Below, piece after piece: positions 1-11,808 of a stretch of 64,000 nucleotides of DNA; the stretch's first letter is position 1, and each line of letters starts with the position of its first letter. The position numbers were made by a program, and so were the translations under genes. Origin of the DNA: Amoebophrya sp. A120 (taxonomy: Eukaryota; Protista; Dinoflagellata); assembly GCA_905178155.1 (NCBI GenBank), contig CAJINV010000005.1, positions 8,893,318 to 8,957,317 of the forward strand, read 5' to 3'. The notes under the pieces were generated by a model. The model searched no databases, was not told where the DNA came from, and saw nothing but the letters and a program-made list of their open reading frames with translations.

Positions 1-7
1 TCACAAG

Positions 8-243
8 CAGATCTTCCGGCACCAGAAAAAACAAACAGATGGAGGATTATATGGGTAGGCTCAGGAAAGATCCCCCTAAACATCATAATTCCTCGCTTTT
101 GCAGAACTGCCGTCTTCACACGGAGATCTTCCGGCACAAGAAAAAACACACAGATGGAGGGCCATATGGCGAAAATTAGGCTCGAGAGTACGAGTAGAGA
201 TCCCCTTAAATAAACATCATAACTCCTCGCTTTTGCAGAACTG
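8..243. repeat. Imperfect ~115-bp direct duplication
   Basis: agatcttccggcac...acagatggagg...catcataa.tcctcgcttttgcagaactg occurs at ~9-109 and ~124-243. Confidence 0.7.
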
Positions 244-793
244 GGACTGGCGTTTTTGCAACCCCTTTACTTCTAAGTATGCAGACAATTCAGAGTGTTT
301 CCTGGCTCTCAAAGCTAATACATAGCCTCTTCTTTGATCATCAGGGCAATTTACCTCTACTTGCGCGTTCTTTGTTTCATCACAGCGTTTTTTTTTCTCT
401 TCATCGAAGGAACAAACTCTTACGACTGGGACTGTCGCATTGGTCGCCTGCCCTATAAGCGCACCAAGAAAAAAGGGCAGAAAACCACGGCCGCGGCGAG
501 TCACCGGGCAAGCTTTGGTGCTGCCGGTTCGATATACAGCTGAGTGTTTACGTTTTATTCAACAAGGTTTTGACCAGTGGCTCTTATCTTTGGGCGGATT
601 CTTTGCTCTTTCTTGTCACTGTAAAGTTCCAGGAGACATCATAGATGTTTACTTAGTCTCGTTTCAGGTATGCTCGTCCTCGAAGCGTTCCTACTTGGGG
701 ACAAGATATTCTTTCGTGAACAAGTTTCATCGCCGAGCTGCCTCCAGCGCTACTTGCGGCAGAAGTAGACCGACTGTTCCTCTCAAGACCACA

Positions 794-1189
794 CTATCCT
801 GTTTGAATCTGTTGATTCTTTCCAACACCATCTCCGTTGTTCCGGTCGTCGACTAGAGCCAGCGCCTTCTGCAGCTGGGCGTTGAACAGCTCCTGAACCC
901 GCTTGTCAATTAGTTTGTTGATGAGGGAGGTCGCGGCACCGTTTCGCAGCTCCTCCGCCAGGTATCTCCCGATGAGGTCCTGGAAGTGCGTCTGGCGGCT
1001 TTGTTCTATTTCCTGGATGGCATCATTGAATTTCTGCTTCAGCTCTTCGACGTCGAGCTGCTGCTGTGCAACCCGGTTGGTTAAATCGGCCGCATGGCTG
1101 AGGTCTTTCGCCGCTTGTTCACCGAGCCCTTCCTTTGTCATTCGCACCACCTGGCTGTAAAGTGCACTAGTCCAGTTTCCGAGCTTCAC
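794..1189 (-). CDS. Hypothetical coiled-coil protein (exon or partial gene)
   Basis: 131-aa ORF with helical Q/E/L/K-rich composition (RVAQQQLDVEELKQKFNDAIQEIEQ). Same strand as all other genes. Ends not defined. Confidence 0.4.
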   Translation of the reverse strand: MKLGNWTSALYSQVVRMTKEGLGEQAAKDLSHAADLTNRVAQQQLDVEELKQKFNDAIQEIEQSRQTHFQDLIGRYLAEELRNGAATSLINKLIDKRVQELFNAQLQKALALVDDRNNGDGVGKNQQIQTG

Positions 1190-1265
1190 AACCGTCGCGT
1201 TTAGTGTGTGAAGCTTTTGCTTGTTGTCGGCGTGCCTTCTCTCCCACTTCTCTTCCTCGGTCTCC

Positions 1266-1518
1266 TATGCATTACAAATGTCTCTGGGTCTGGAAAAATG
1301 CTGCTGGAACTTGTCATGCTAAGTCTGGACCGTACGAAGACCTGTGCTGCATAATTACCACTAAAAGTCGGTTTTTGACCACGGCCAGAGGAAGCTTCTC
1401 ACGCACATGATAGGCATGATAGCGACCTCACAGAATCTGTAGCATCATGGGTCGGTCATGGAAAACCCGCATGGCAAACTTTTGATTCTTCCAGTCCCAG
1501 ACATATTTGCACTTCATA
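1266..1518. mobile_element. Introner/MITE family A (degenerate DR)
   Basis: TIRs tatgcattacaaatgtctctgggtctggaa ... ttccagtcccagacatatttgcacttcata; flanks TCTCC/TTTCG. Confidence 0.8.
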
Positions 1519-3187
1519 TTTCGTTTCTGCTCGGTCCCCGATTCCCCGTGTTCTCAGTTCCACTTTGCTCCACGTCTGACACATTCTCGTTCGCGGACGC
1601 GCCCTGAAGAGCAACTAGCTGTTCAGAAATCAAAGCCGCACGAAGCAAGTGTCGCAGCCCCATGTCTTGTACTCGTCACGGAAGATCCGCTAGCTACTAG
1701 TATTCCACGATCTGAAAAAAGGTGTGGCCCGAAGCGAGAACGAGAAGTTGAAGTACGAGGCTGAGGGCGTCGTCCTCGCCGTTCGGGGCGGTTCGTTTTC
1801 GTTCACTGCTTCTACGGTGCAGCTGCAGATGGATGGAGAAATTATTATCCAGGGATTGGCCTATCACATGGTATTCTTGCCTCCGGCTGATCGTACTGCA
1901 CTATCATGAAGCCTGGACGACCTGCTCCTCAAGGTGCCGTGCGCGTAGCGGTGCGCACGCACGGTGAATCCACTCCCACAAGAAGCTTGTGCGACGCTGC
2001 TCTCCGCAGCCGCGGCCATGCAGGATCAAGCGCGGGTGGATCCTCCAGTCGGACGAACGAAAGACACTGTTCTCTTTTTGACAGATATTATTTGCAAGAA
2101 CGAGTTGTACCGCTTAGGGCAACACAAATGATTGAATTGACATAATTTAACCTTTTTATGTGAAAGAACATGAAATACGAGCCGCACCCGCACGGCGGAT
2201 CCTGGGATCAAACAATAAGCCTGCTTATCTATCACTAACCGGACGCATTTTTCCTGCGGTGTGTGCGCAGGCACTACGTTTTGATTGATGTACTCCAACT
2301 GCAGGCTTTTATGCAGCCGCGAAGCAGCCTCGCCTCTGTTTGGTGCAGATCATCTGGAGGTTGTACCAGAACGATTAATTGGAGACGTTCCAGTTGCGAA
2401 CAACCATCACAAAAGACTGTTCTTTCGAAGCACCAAGTTCCGTCCCACATTGCGCAGCTGGGAACGATTTTCTTTATTCTTTTCGGTCGATCATCAATGT
2501 GAAGTGTATCCCTTCTACTGCTCAAAAAAAATATGTTGATTGTACAAGGCAATAAATCATGTTCAGTTGTTCATCTTCTTCATGTATACAAACTCTGCAA
2601 TGTAATATGTGAAGTCGCTGTGAAGATGTCTAAGTATATGAAATGAAGTAAATTGTATTCGAAACCGAAACGTCGTGTCATTATATTTTTTTGTTATCTC
2701 CTTTTTCACGAGTATCATGCCAACCAAACTTATTTCTCTAGGTGGCGAAATATCATCAGATTTCGAAACTCAGCATTGAAAGCGTCTTTTTCTAGTATCA
2801 TACAGTACCTACAGCTATAATCGATTCTCTGTTTCAATAAATTATACATCGGCATGAAAGCCACAGCTACCACACGACCCGGCATCCGCTCGCGATCCCT
2901 ACCGCCCGACATTCTACCACCTTGTGCTGTGTAGCAACGAAACACGAGACCGTTTCTTTTGGTAGTTGTGCTGTATAGCAACGGACTCGGACAACTTTCT
3001 ATTTCAATTTCTTTCTACTTTCTTATAAATGCGCCAACGGTGCGATGCAATGAATCAACTACAGCATGCGGACATAAATTCATTTCACCAAGAAGTACGG
3101 AGTCAACGATCTTATTCGAGTTACGTTGCTCACGCTGCTCCGTTTGATACACCAGGCGCCGGGGAATTATCGTTCCGGCGAGTCCTC

Positions 3188-3418
3188 TATCAAATGCAAA
3201 TATGTCTGCGTCTGGAAAAGTGGAACTTGTCATGCGTGTCTTGCAACCCGAGAAAATCTGTGTTGCGTCAACAGCAGAAGGGCAGCTTCCTTTGTCATGC
3301 TCATGCAACAAGAACGCAATGCTTAATGCGCAATAAACATCAAAAAGCTCGTGTTGCAATCTCACACAACAGCAAATCGGCATTACAAGTTTCCAGACCA
3401 AAACATTTGCACTGCATA
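3188..3418. mobile_element. Introner/MITE family A
   Basis: Family A TIRs; perfect 5-bp DR TCCTC. Confidence 0.9.
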
Positions 3419-3441
3419 TCCTCTGGTGCGGTATGGAGTGC

Positions 3442-3578
3442 TATCACGTGGGAAAAAGAAGTACCCACCCCAGAGACGCAGACGCGCGGCTGCTGCAACT
3501 TCTGGCTCTTGCAGCAGACGTCGAGACCTACAAGACATTAGACAGCTCTGGGGCGGTTTCATATTTTTACCTAGGATA
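3442..3578. mobile_element. Introner/MITE family B (short, degenerate)
   Basis: tatcacgtgggaaaaagaagtacccaccccagag ... ctctggggcggtttcatatttttacctaggata; DR AGTGC/GGCGC. Confidence 0.6.
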
Positions 3579-3623
3579 GGCGCAGAGCTGTCATCATCCT
3601 GGAGGTGTCTTCGTCCAATTCCT

Positions 3624-3707
3624 TATTCATTGTGAGGAAAAATCTCCCCTCCCCAGCAACACAAATTGTCTTTTGACTATGGGATGGGGGCTTTTTTCAC
3701 TTTGATA
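3624..3707. mobile_element. Introner/MITE family C (84 bp, internally deleted)
   Basis: gaggaaaaatctcccctcccc ... gggatgggggcttttttcactttgata; perfect DR TTCCT. Confidence 0.75.
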
Positions 3708-4058
3708 TTCCTATTTCCTCCACCTTCATCCGCGCAAAGCCACGGCTCTCTCACAAGAGTGTGGAGATCTTTCTGTAGCATAAAAAAATGCGTAGTTCAA
3801 TTTCCACGTCGAAGATGACAAGATCAAGAAAACAGCTCCTCGCTTTTTTGAGTATGGAATGCAAGAAAAAAACCGTCCATGGTCAAGATTTGCAAATCAT
3901 TTTAGTTCTCGAGGAAAAATTCCTTCAGCAGGTGCAGGGCGTATTTTTCTGTTCGAGGAATCGATGTGCGTCATGGAAATATAAGAACGGCGAGAATCAT
4001 CATCAAGTCACAAACCCCCATGCATCACAACTGGCATTTTCGCAAACAGAAACACCCT

Positions 4059-4323
4059 TATCAAATGTAAAAATGTCTGGGTCTGGAAGAATGCGCGATT
4101 TGTCATGCAGCTTTTCCATGCATGAGGTCTGGTTCTGGAATGCAGGACCTAGCATGACAGATTGTGGGCGATCTCTCTCATGCCTTTCCTGCATGAGAAA
4201 CTCCCTCGCGACTTGGTCAAAACTAGACGACTTTTGGCAATCATGCAACACAGATTTTTGCATGCTTCAGATTTAGCATGAGAAGTTCCATTCTTCCAGA
4301 CCCAGACATTTTTACATTTGATA
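4059..4323. mobile_element. Introner/MITE family A
   Basis: Near-perfect ~33-bp TIRs; perfect DR ACCCT. Confidence 0.92.
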
Positions 4324-4352
4324 ACCCTGGAGTTGGAGCAAAAGTAAGTACT

Positions 4353-4540
4353 TATAAAGTGCAAATGCGTCTGGGTCTGGAAAGCTGTTCTTGAGCTGTA
4401 GTGCGTTGTAACCCGGATGAGAGTTCGCGTATTTGCATGACAAATTCCCTACTCTGCATATACAGACTTCAGGAGTATGGTGCGCATTCAAGAATCCGAA
4501 TGTTACAGTCTTCCAGATCTAGACATATTTGCAATACCTA
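4353..4540. mobile_element. Introner/MITE family A (degenerate)
   Basis: tataaagtgcaaatgcgtctgggtctggaa ... ttccagatctagacatatttgcaataccta; DR not recognisable. Confidence 0.65.
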
Positions 4541-4944
4541 AAGTTCAAACCTACTCGTTTGGGCCAAGGATGGGTCATTTTCTCAGATACTGCTTTCCGT
4601 AGTCGTAGGCGTCTTTCGCATCTCGCATTATTTGCAGTACGTCAATAGGTCCTGGTCCTGCGCAATATGGGCATGCAAACTCTTCTTGGTGTGAAAAAGT
4701 GGAAGCAAGCTTCTTTGTCATGTGCGGTGGGCGGTTGAATTTATTTGTGTAATAAATTTACAAAAGTACTCATAATCTCGGATATGTCATGCAAGCATAG
4801 CAAAGTGAGTAAGTAAAAAACACTACCTGCAAACGTACACTCCATGCATGCCCCACTGACCTTCCTCAAGAGCCTTTTGCATCACAATCCAACGAGAACG
4901 AGTAGCGCAACTGCATGAGTCGACTGTTGTCTGCATCCAAGAAA

Positions 4945-5219
4945 TATCAAATGCGAATAAGCCTGGGTTTGGAAGATTGCAAGACTTGTCATGCAGGTTT
5001 TCCATGGCTCTGGTTCTGGAATGCGGTACCTAGCATAACAAACTGCTCAGTGAGATCCTTACTATGCCTATCGTGAATGAGAAGCTCCCTCTTAACTTGG
5101 TCAAAGCCGCAAACTGGACAGCTTTTGGTAATCATGCATCACAGATTTTGCTCTGCATAATCCAGACGAAGCATGACAAGTTGGAACACGTCCAGACCCA
5201 GACATATTTGCACTGGAAA
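4945..5219. mobile_element. Introner/MITE family A (degenerate)
   Basis: Family A TIRs; interior similar to 4059-4323; DR AGAAA/AGAGA. Confidence 0.75.
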
Positions 5220-5802
5220 AGAGAGTCGTGGCGTTGGAGTGTAGAGCTCTGCGCTCGATAGGGACTCGTGTTGACGCAGGAGCGTATCATGTTCATGTTG
5301 CAGAAAATGAAAAAGAAATATGCTTTGGCGTCCTCCTACTAGAAATCACAGGAAGCAAAATTTATCATGCCGTATCTTCACGAAAATTGTTTGGCGTCGT
5401 TCATCACACTCTGCGTGTACTTTCGCATTCTTACAGCCACGCTACAAAAAGAAAAACAAAAAGCGTTTTTGCATCACAGAAGAAAAAGCGAACGCCAAAG
5501 CTGGGCGACGGATAGGCGGTCGCGGTTCATCGTCCTACGCAGAAGCGAGCACCTTTCCGTACAGGAAAATCAGTATCCTGTATCAAAAAGCTTGAGTCAG
5601 TCACTTCGTACACCTCATGTCCACAAAAATGCACTAAACAAGGGCGGACGTTCCTACTCCTAGAAGATGTCTTTCGATACAAAATAAACGCAACACGACA
5701 CGCCCCCTACTCAGAAATGCAAAACGTCCTTACCTCGAGCTTTTCTCAGGATACGGAAAACAAACGCGACGGAACCGAAGGCAATAAGCACTCTTCCTGG
5801 AA

Positions 5803-8632
5803 TATCAAAAGAAAAAATCCCCCCTCCGCATGTTAAAGTGGAAACCCTTAATGCGGCATTAGTGTACACAAATTTGTCTTGCAGTAGGGGACTGCACGAA
5901 GCAGATACTAAGCCTAAGCTCGGGTCTTGTAGTGCAGGCCCTTAGCATGGCAGAAGTCCGCCCTGCAGGTCTTACAGCATTGCAAATCGCCCGCATACCG
6001 TGGCGGAGTCTACTCTGGATTTTCCTTCATGCAAGACAGACAGGATTTGTGGTCTTCCCACATCGACACTCATCTGATGATGATGATGTTGGCAGTGTGC
6101 CCCTTAAGCGGACTGCTGCTTGCTACTCCCTCCTCCAGCCCGAGAGCAGCTGAACGCCGATCTTCTATGACGAACAGTTGATCTATACCTTAGGGGCGCG
6201 GCTGTTATGAGGCTAGGTTTTTTCGGACTTGGGTGTGGGCCACACTCACTCACACGTCGTTCAGGGGGGACCAAACACGCACACACTGTAGCATTTCTGC
6301 ATGGGTGTAGGGCGAATCTGATCAGCAACCGAGCCGGGGCTATGAGCCTTGTTTTTTAGGTCCGGCGCGGAGAGTACTTAAACTCCACAACGGCTCGGTC
6401 ACTGTAGCTCGAGCACCGGACCCACTGCGTATGCCATGACGCAGCGCATACATGAACGACGTCCCACCGTCAGTGATTACTTCTAGACGAGCCTTGCCAG
6501 AAGAAGCACGCACCGACCTCCCAATCCGGCACATGGATCCTTTCCCTGCTAAGTTTTTGATTGTAAAGTGAGACCAGGGAACGCCCCCCGGGGACGGCGC
6601 GACTCACCTGCCTACCTGCGCACTAGCGCCTAGCGCTATCGAGCGGCCCCCAAATCGTCGCCATTCGCCATTCGAGCTAAAGCAAGAGGGGGGGCGGGTG
6701 CTCCATACAAAGATACATGTAAAAGGTTACGCTTTTGCCACGCACGCGCCCACGCCGTGGGATCGTGCTTCATGCAACATGTGGCAGCTTCGCTCACTCA
6801 AGGATACCCGTAAGCACGCGGAAGTAGCTGGTGACGGCGCAGACAAGGAGAAACCTGGCGGCAAGGTCCCCCCTTGCGCCAGGGAGGAAATTGAGACGAG
6901 TAGGGGAAACGGGCGCGCCATGTGCGACAGCGCGCATTTTTTTTTTTTTTTTTTCGCTCCTGGGCCTTGCCCTTTGGGTTTTTCTCCTTCCCTCGTTCTT
7001 GGCGAACAGTGAGAACAACAGCGCCCGGCTGTTCGTTGGTCCCTGCCTTGTAGCTCCAGCTCAGGCGTTCTTTTTCTCTTTGAGTTTTTTCGTGTGTCGC
7101 GTCCTTTTTTACAGGCGAAGAAGAAGTAGTGCTTTTTCGTAAGAAGAAGCAATCCTCTTGGTTGTTTCGGAAGAGACGTTTTTTCGAAGTGGAAGAAGTA
7201 GTTATTGAAGTAGCTTGCTCTAGAATAGCGACTTCCATGGTCCCCGTCTGAACTTCGACCCTGGTGAGTCGCGGAACATCGACCCTGGAATCCTTCTGGG
7301 ACCCTCTTCCCGGCTCTCCTGCGTTTCTTGTGCTGCTTGCTGCTCCGGGGCTGGGTCGTTTCCTGGTGTTGCAGGCTCCGGGCTTCGGAGCTCACCCCAG
7401 TCCCCTGAGTTGCTCCGTGCTCGTTTGCGGCTTTTCCCAGTCCCTTTCGCACCTGGGGGCTGCGAGCTCGAGGACGATGAGCTGGATGCGCTAGGAGGAT
7501 CCCCCTCTACTAGCCTGCTGAGGTATTTAGCGATCGCGTCCTCGTCGAGGCAGTCCCAGCCTAGTGGATGATATGCGTTCTTCATCGGCTGGTCTTTTCC
7601 GTTGGCCTGGTGCGCCTGCTCTTGCGCAGGGGGGCCCCCGCTTGCCTGTGCGCCGTGTGCGGCCGCTTCGCCCTGGTTTTGCGATTGTTCCTGCTCGCCT
7701 AGCAGTGCTGCCGTGAGGAATTCCGTTCGCTCGCGTCTGCTCATTTCCGGCCACTGTTGCACTGGTTCGAATTTGAAGGCATCCTCACCGTAGTCAAACA
7801 CGGGCCAGTCAGCGTAACAGTCGTGGTCTGCTACATTCACTACTGTTAGCCCAGTGGAGATCGTGGGAGGCGCTTTGGCTGTCACCCACGATCTGTCTTC
7901 GTCCGCGTCATGCCTACACTGCTTGATTACCACGTGGCCGAGCTTTTGCAACGCTTCGACTCTTTCTACCAGTGCGAGGACTATTCCTAAGCCCCTGCGC
8001 AATGGACCGCGTGTCTTGATCCAGAGCTTGCGGTAGTCCTCTAGCCGGAAGCACACGCTGGCTGTTTGTGGCCAGGATGCTATAGCGTCCATAAGCACTA
8101 TCGCATTGTTGCAATATGCCGCGAAGCGCTGCGCTTCTTCTCTTTCCTCTGTTCCTAGGTGCGCGTCGCTGGTCTTAGCCGCTAGAACCGGAATACCTTT
8201 ACCCATTTTCTCCATTTCGCAAGCTACTGTCGTGCCTATGTCGGTGTGGGCGAAGATAGAGACTGTCTTCGTGGTGCGTGCTTTCGCTTTTGGGTCGACA
8301 AGCTCCGAACGGTCTGGAACTATACCGCATGCGCGTAAGTCGGAAGAGCTTGGCAGGCGCGTGCTCGCCCCGTCGACAAGTGCTGTGGCCAGCGCTAGGT
8401 CCGCCCGGCGTCGGTTTTCGATCGCTGTAGTGTCTGCGTCGTTGACTCCAGCGAGGCCTTCGCCCAAAATACGCACCGGGAAAGTCGCCCATCTAACCAG
8501 TCCATCCATATCCGTAAGGATGTTCTTTTGGGAGAGTCCTCTCAGGATCTTCATCTGCAAGGATGTATATAAATTAAATTTTCAGAAGGATGCACTTTCG
8601 ATAGGGAGGGGGGGGAATTTTTCCATACGATA
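5803..8632. mobile_element. Family C TIR ends enclosing ~2.7 kb cargo
   Basis: 5803-5884 and 8555-8632 match the two ~80-bp ends of the family C element at 11150-11471 (inverted orientation). Flanks TGGAA/CCCTA do not match. Confidence 0.6.
7220..8560 (-). CDS. 446-aa intronless ORF, possibly a 5'-truncated retroelement C-terminus (weak RNase H-like motifs)
   Basis: The ORF opens directly at the TIR-derived end with a non-ATG start and carries no introners. It has IVLMDAIASW and LVERVEALQKLGHVVIKQCRHD motifs. An 18-nt poly(A) lies on the minus strand at 6937-6954, ~265 bp after the stop. Confidence 0.45.
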   Translation of the reverse strand: MQMKILRGLSQKNILTDMDGLVRWATFPVRILGEGLAGVNDADTTAIENRRRADLALATALVDGASTRLPSSSDLRACGIVPDRSELVDPKAKARTTKTVSIFAHTDIGTTVACEMEKMGKGIPVLAAKTSDAHLGTEEREEAQRFAAYCNNAIVLMDAIASWPQTASVCFRLEDYRKLWIKTRGPLRRGLGIVLALVERVEALQKLGHVVIKQCRHDADEDRSWVTAKAPPTISTGLTVVNVADHDCYADWPVFDYGEDAFKFEPVQQWPEMSRRERTEFLTAALLGEQEQSQNQGEAAAHGAQASGGPPAQEQAHQANGKDQPMKNAYHPLGWDCLDEDAIAKYLSRLVEGDPPSASSSSSSSSQPPGAKGTGKSRKRARSNSGDWGELRSPEPATPGNDPAPEQQAAQETQESREEGPRRIPGSMFRDSPGSKFRRGPWKSLF

Positions 8633-9219
8633 CCCTAAACCTTCTGCTTCCACCACGTGGTCCGTCAGCACACTCAGGATCACCGTGAGGCATGAGAATG
8701 AACAAGTTCCCCTCCCCCGGATTGCAAGGCATTTACAGCAACAGTGAGACGAGCACGAAGCCCAGGCTTCTGGTCTAATCTGCATGACAAACTTCCACAC
8801 GGAGGGAAGTCTCCACGGCTTTCCCCGATTCGTCATGCAACTACTGCAATGGACAAGAGAAAAAATACGAATCGCCGCGTTTTGTACTTTGCATCACAAA
8901 CGGGGAAAGCGCCAGCTGTTCACGTTCATACAACGAGAACGAAGCACGAAACTGGGAAAAAGCTGATGTGTTCCAGGAGCGCGTTCAAATTCTCGAGGAA
9001 AGTCCCGGCACCGGTGCTACTCCACGACTGGTACAGTTCCAGGGCTTATGCACGTACACAAGCGTCCCGTCAGTATACATTGCATGATAGCAACCAGCTG
9101 GGTGATCACCAGGACAACCTCGAATTATCATGCAAGCTCAGTCGGCAAAGAAAGATCTGGCATGCAAGATTGCAATGTATACAGGAGTGCGAGACTTTTG
9201 CACAGGATACTGCTTCTGT

Positions 9220-9486
9220 TATGCATTGCAAACATGTCTGAAATTGGAAGAGTTCGACGAGTCTGTCATGCCAAATCTGAATCGTGCAAAAAATCTGTGT
9301 TGCATCAAACCGCCAAAGCTGCTCATTTCTTGCCACACATCAAAAGGCAAGTCTCTCATGCGGAAGAGAAATTATAGAAGCTTTTTCAAAATTTGTCTTG
9401 CTTACAGTCCACCTGTGTAATCCACGATATGCATGACAAACCTTGCAATCTTCGTCTTCCAGACCCAGAGATATGTGCATCCGATA
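9220..9486. mobile_element. Introner/MITE family A (degenerate)
   Basis: Family A TIRs; DR TCTGT/CCTAT. Confidence 0.7.
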
Positions 9487-9620
9487 CCTATCAGGTGTAC
9501 ACAATTCCCCACTCTCCTTGTTCTTACAACTCCTGTGTTGCGGCCAGCAGCTCCCGAAGGTATTCGTGTTCTTGCCTTCGCTGATATGAATTTGAGCTTG
9601 ATTGTGATTTAAATTTTTTC

Positions 9621-11808
9621 TTAAAAAAAAAAACGCAAATGCCTTCGCTGTGCTCTGATGAAGCTAAAGCCTTGCTTAGCTGCTATCTGGTTTTTATTGC
9701 ACAAGGAAAGTGAGACGTTGTCACGCACGATATTCGTCACAGCGAGGTACACTGACACCGTACTGGTTTATCCTGCAGAAAATTACTAGCGGACGAAGAT
9801 CATGCAAAAAGTATTCAACATCGCAGCATGGTCAAGACGTATTTTATTTCGCAGAATTTCTCCTGTCTATTTAGCGTCCATCTGCAACACAAATGGGGTA
9901 CTATAGTCGGAAGTATTCAATATTTTTTCTGTAGGATAATGTTATAAGCGAGACCGACGCCATAAGGAGGAGCTGTGTGGTCTACCCTGTTTAAAAACGT
10001 CCCCACGCCGGAGTCAGGGTGCGACTTTCTGACGTTTTTCTACAGACCCTTACTTAATCTTTGACCGCTGCGCATGACAAGTTTGGGCTCGTAGCGTACT
10101 GAGGATTAGCTAGAAAAGCCGCATCACAAATCGATATATATCACGCTGATTCTAGCATCACAAAGTCGAACTTCCAGACAGCATTACAAAACGCTCCTCA
10201 TGGAGCTCCTGCGCATGAGACGCATTTCTTTAGACTCACTTAGACATGCCATTTTGCATGACAACTCTTGGGTGGGGGCGTTTTTACACGGGATATGGTC
10301 AGAGGGTAGTTTCTCTCTAGCTGGTTATGCATTGCAAACACGTCTGGGTCTGGAAGATGGATTGCCAAATTTGTCATGCTTGTCTGACAAGACTCGAGAT
10401 TCTGTGTCTGTTCTCGATGGGCGCAAATGACTGAGTGAAAAGATCCGGCTGCTTGTCATGCAAAAACGCAGCTTGCCATTCGTAGTCGAAACGCAAGACG
10501 AAGTAGCCCGGAAATTTGTAATGCGTGGCTGCGTATGGCTGCGCAGCGCACCTACCATTTGCATTCAGATTCACTTTCTAGCATTACAACTTTCCAGACG
10601 CTGACGTATTTTCAGTCGATACCACGACGCCATTTTGGTTTTCTCTTCCTCTTCGATTTTTATTATAGGGAAAGGCGTATCCCGAAAACCATATTCAGCA
10701 TTACCTTGTTTGACAAACACGTAAGCACGTACAGGTTGTAAGAGATGGCGTCATAAATGCCAGAAAACCAAGGCTCGTCGTCACGAGCAAATTGCGAAAG
10801 CGGATTGGGATTTTTGTTTATCTTTATTCTTTCCTCTGTTAGAAACACACAGTCTTGCGAAAAATTTAATATGGCATGACAAACTGCACCTTTCCCTATG
10901 ATAGTTGCACTGGTAGCGTCGGAGTGTTTGTTCGTCTTTTTCCGGTTCCGGGTAGAAGCTGCGACTTGTTCGTTCGGCCCGTCCTGCCCTCTCGGCGTAA
11001 AAAACGGCGAGGCGGGGATGAGCTGCGTCTCGTTGTCGAGCTTGAGTTTGTACGTGTTATCTCCACTGGAATTCGCCATTGCGAATGCGTCCTCCATGAT
11101 CTTCCACTGCTCGTCGTGGGCGTCCCTCGCTTCTTGCGTGTATGGTACTTATTGAGAGGAAAAATCCCCCCTCCCCATATTGAAAAGGTACGCTTCCAAA
11201 AATTTGCGTTGCGGATTTGCGGCCACAAATCACATCCGTCTTGCAAGAAGACAAGGGCAGAAGCTTCCGCCCCATTATGGAATCGATTTGTCATGCTGTT
11301 GGGCCTAAAGGGGGGCCGTTTGCCATGCTGAACTACTAGACCCATACGCCCCTACCAAACCTGGGGATCTGGCCGCAGTGCCTCTCTGCAATACAAAGCT
11401 GGTTTGTGGTCACAAATCAGCATCACAAATTTCCGTTTTGATATGGGGAGGGGGGATTTTTCATTTTGATAGTACTTTTTTGCTATTCTCCCAGGATTTT
11501 TTCTGGCCCCTCAGCTTCTGTTTCAAGTCCTTTAGCTCCTCGAGCGTGCCCTCGTTAGGGATTGTCACCAGCGAGTTCCTCGGGCGTCCGTTATTTTCAA
11601 CTTCCTCCTTCTTCTCCTCTTCTTGTTCTTCCGATTCCGGTTCTTTATTTTTTTTCATTTTCGCCTTCATTTTGTTCGCGGCTGCGGACGAAGAAGTAGA
11701 AGAAGCAGCAGCGGCTGGCGCCGACTTTTTCGCAGTGCTTTTCATGCTCCTGCTGCTACCGCTGGAGGAGACGGCCAGCTTTTTCATGGCCTTGACCATT
11801 GATTTCAT
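9621..11808 (-). CDS. Hypothetical multi-exon protein interrupted by 5 introners (3' end uncertain)
   Basis: Removing 11150-11471 plus one GTACT joins ...WENSKKV to PYTQEARDAHDEQWKIMEDAF in frame. Further joins through 10661-10903, 10326-10621, 9983-10295 and 9769-9938 keep an open frame (EEEEKTKMASW-LERNYPLT-TQLLLMASVSLIT). Confidence 0.5.
9769..9938. mobile_element. Introner/MITE (family F-like)
   Basis: tatcctgcagaaaaat ... ttttttctgtaggata; DR TGGTT/ATGTT. Confidence 0.65.
9983..10295. mobile_element. Introner/MITE family B
   Basis: Family B TIRs; perfect DR TGGTC. Confidence 0.88.
10326..10621. mobile_element. Introner/MITE family A
   Basis: Family A TIRs; reverse orientation of the 46677-46928 subfamily; DR decayed. 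Confidence 0.78.
10661..10903. mobile_element. Introner/MITE, singleton TIR family
   Basis: tattatagggaaaggcgta ... tgcacctttccctatgata (19-nt IR); DR decayed. Confidence 0.65.
11150..11471. mobile_element. Introner family C (in-frame intron)
   Basis: Family C TIRs; perfect DR GTACT; removal restores frame. Confidence 0.9.

Noticed and set aside
3788-4364. Recurrent peptide motifs (MSGSGR, CKNVWVWK, FQTQTFLHL) as a protein family
   Set aside because: They are translations of the family A TIR in different frames
9652-9690. Hammerhead ribozyme core (CTGATGA + stem)
   Set aside because: No GAAA after the putative stem II and no flanking stems evident
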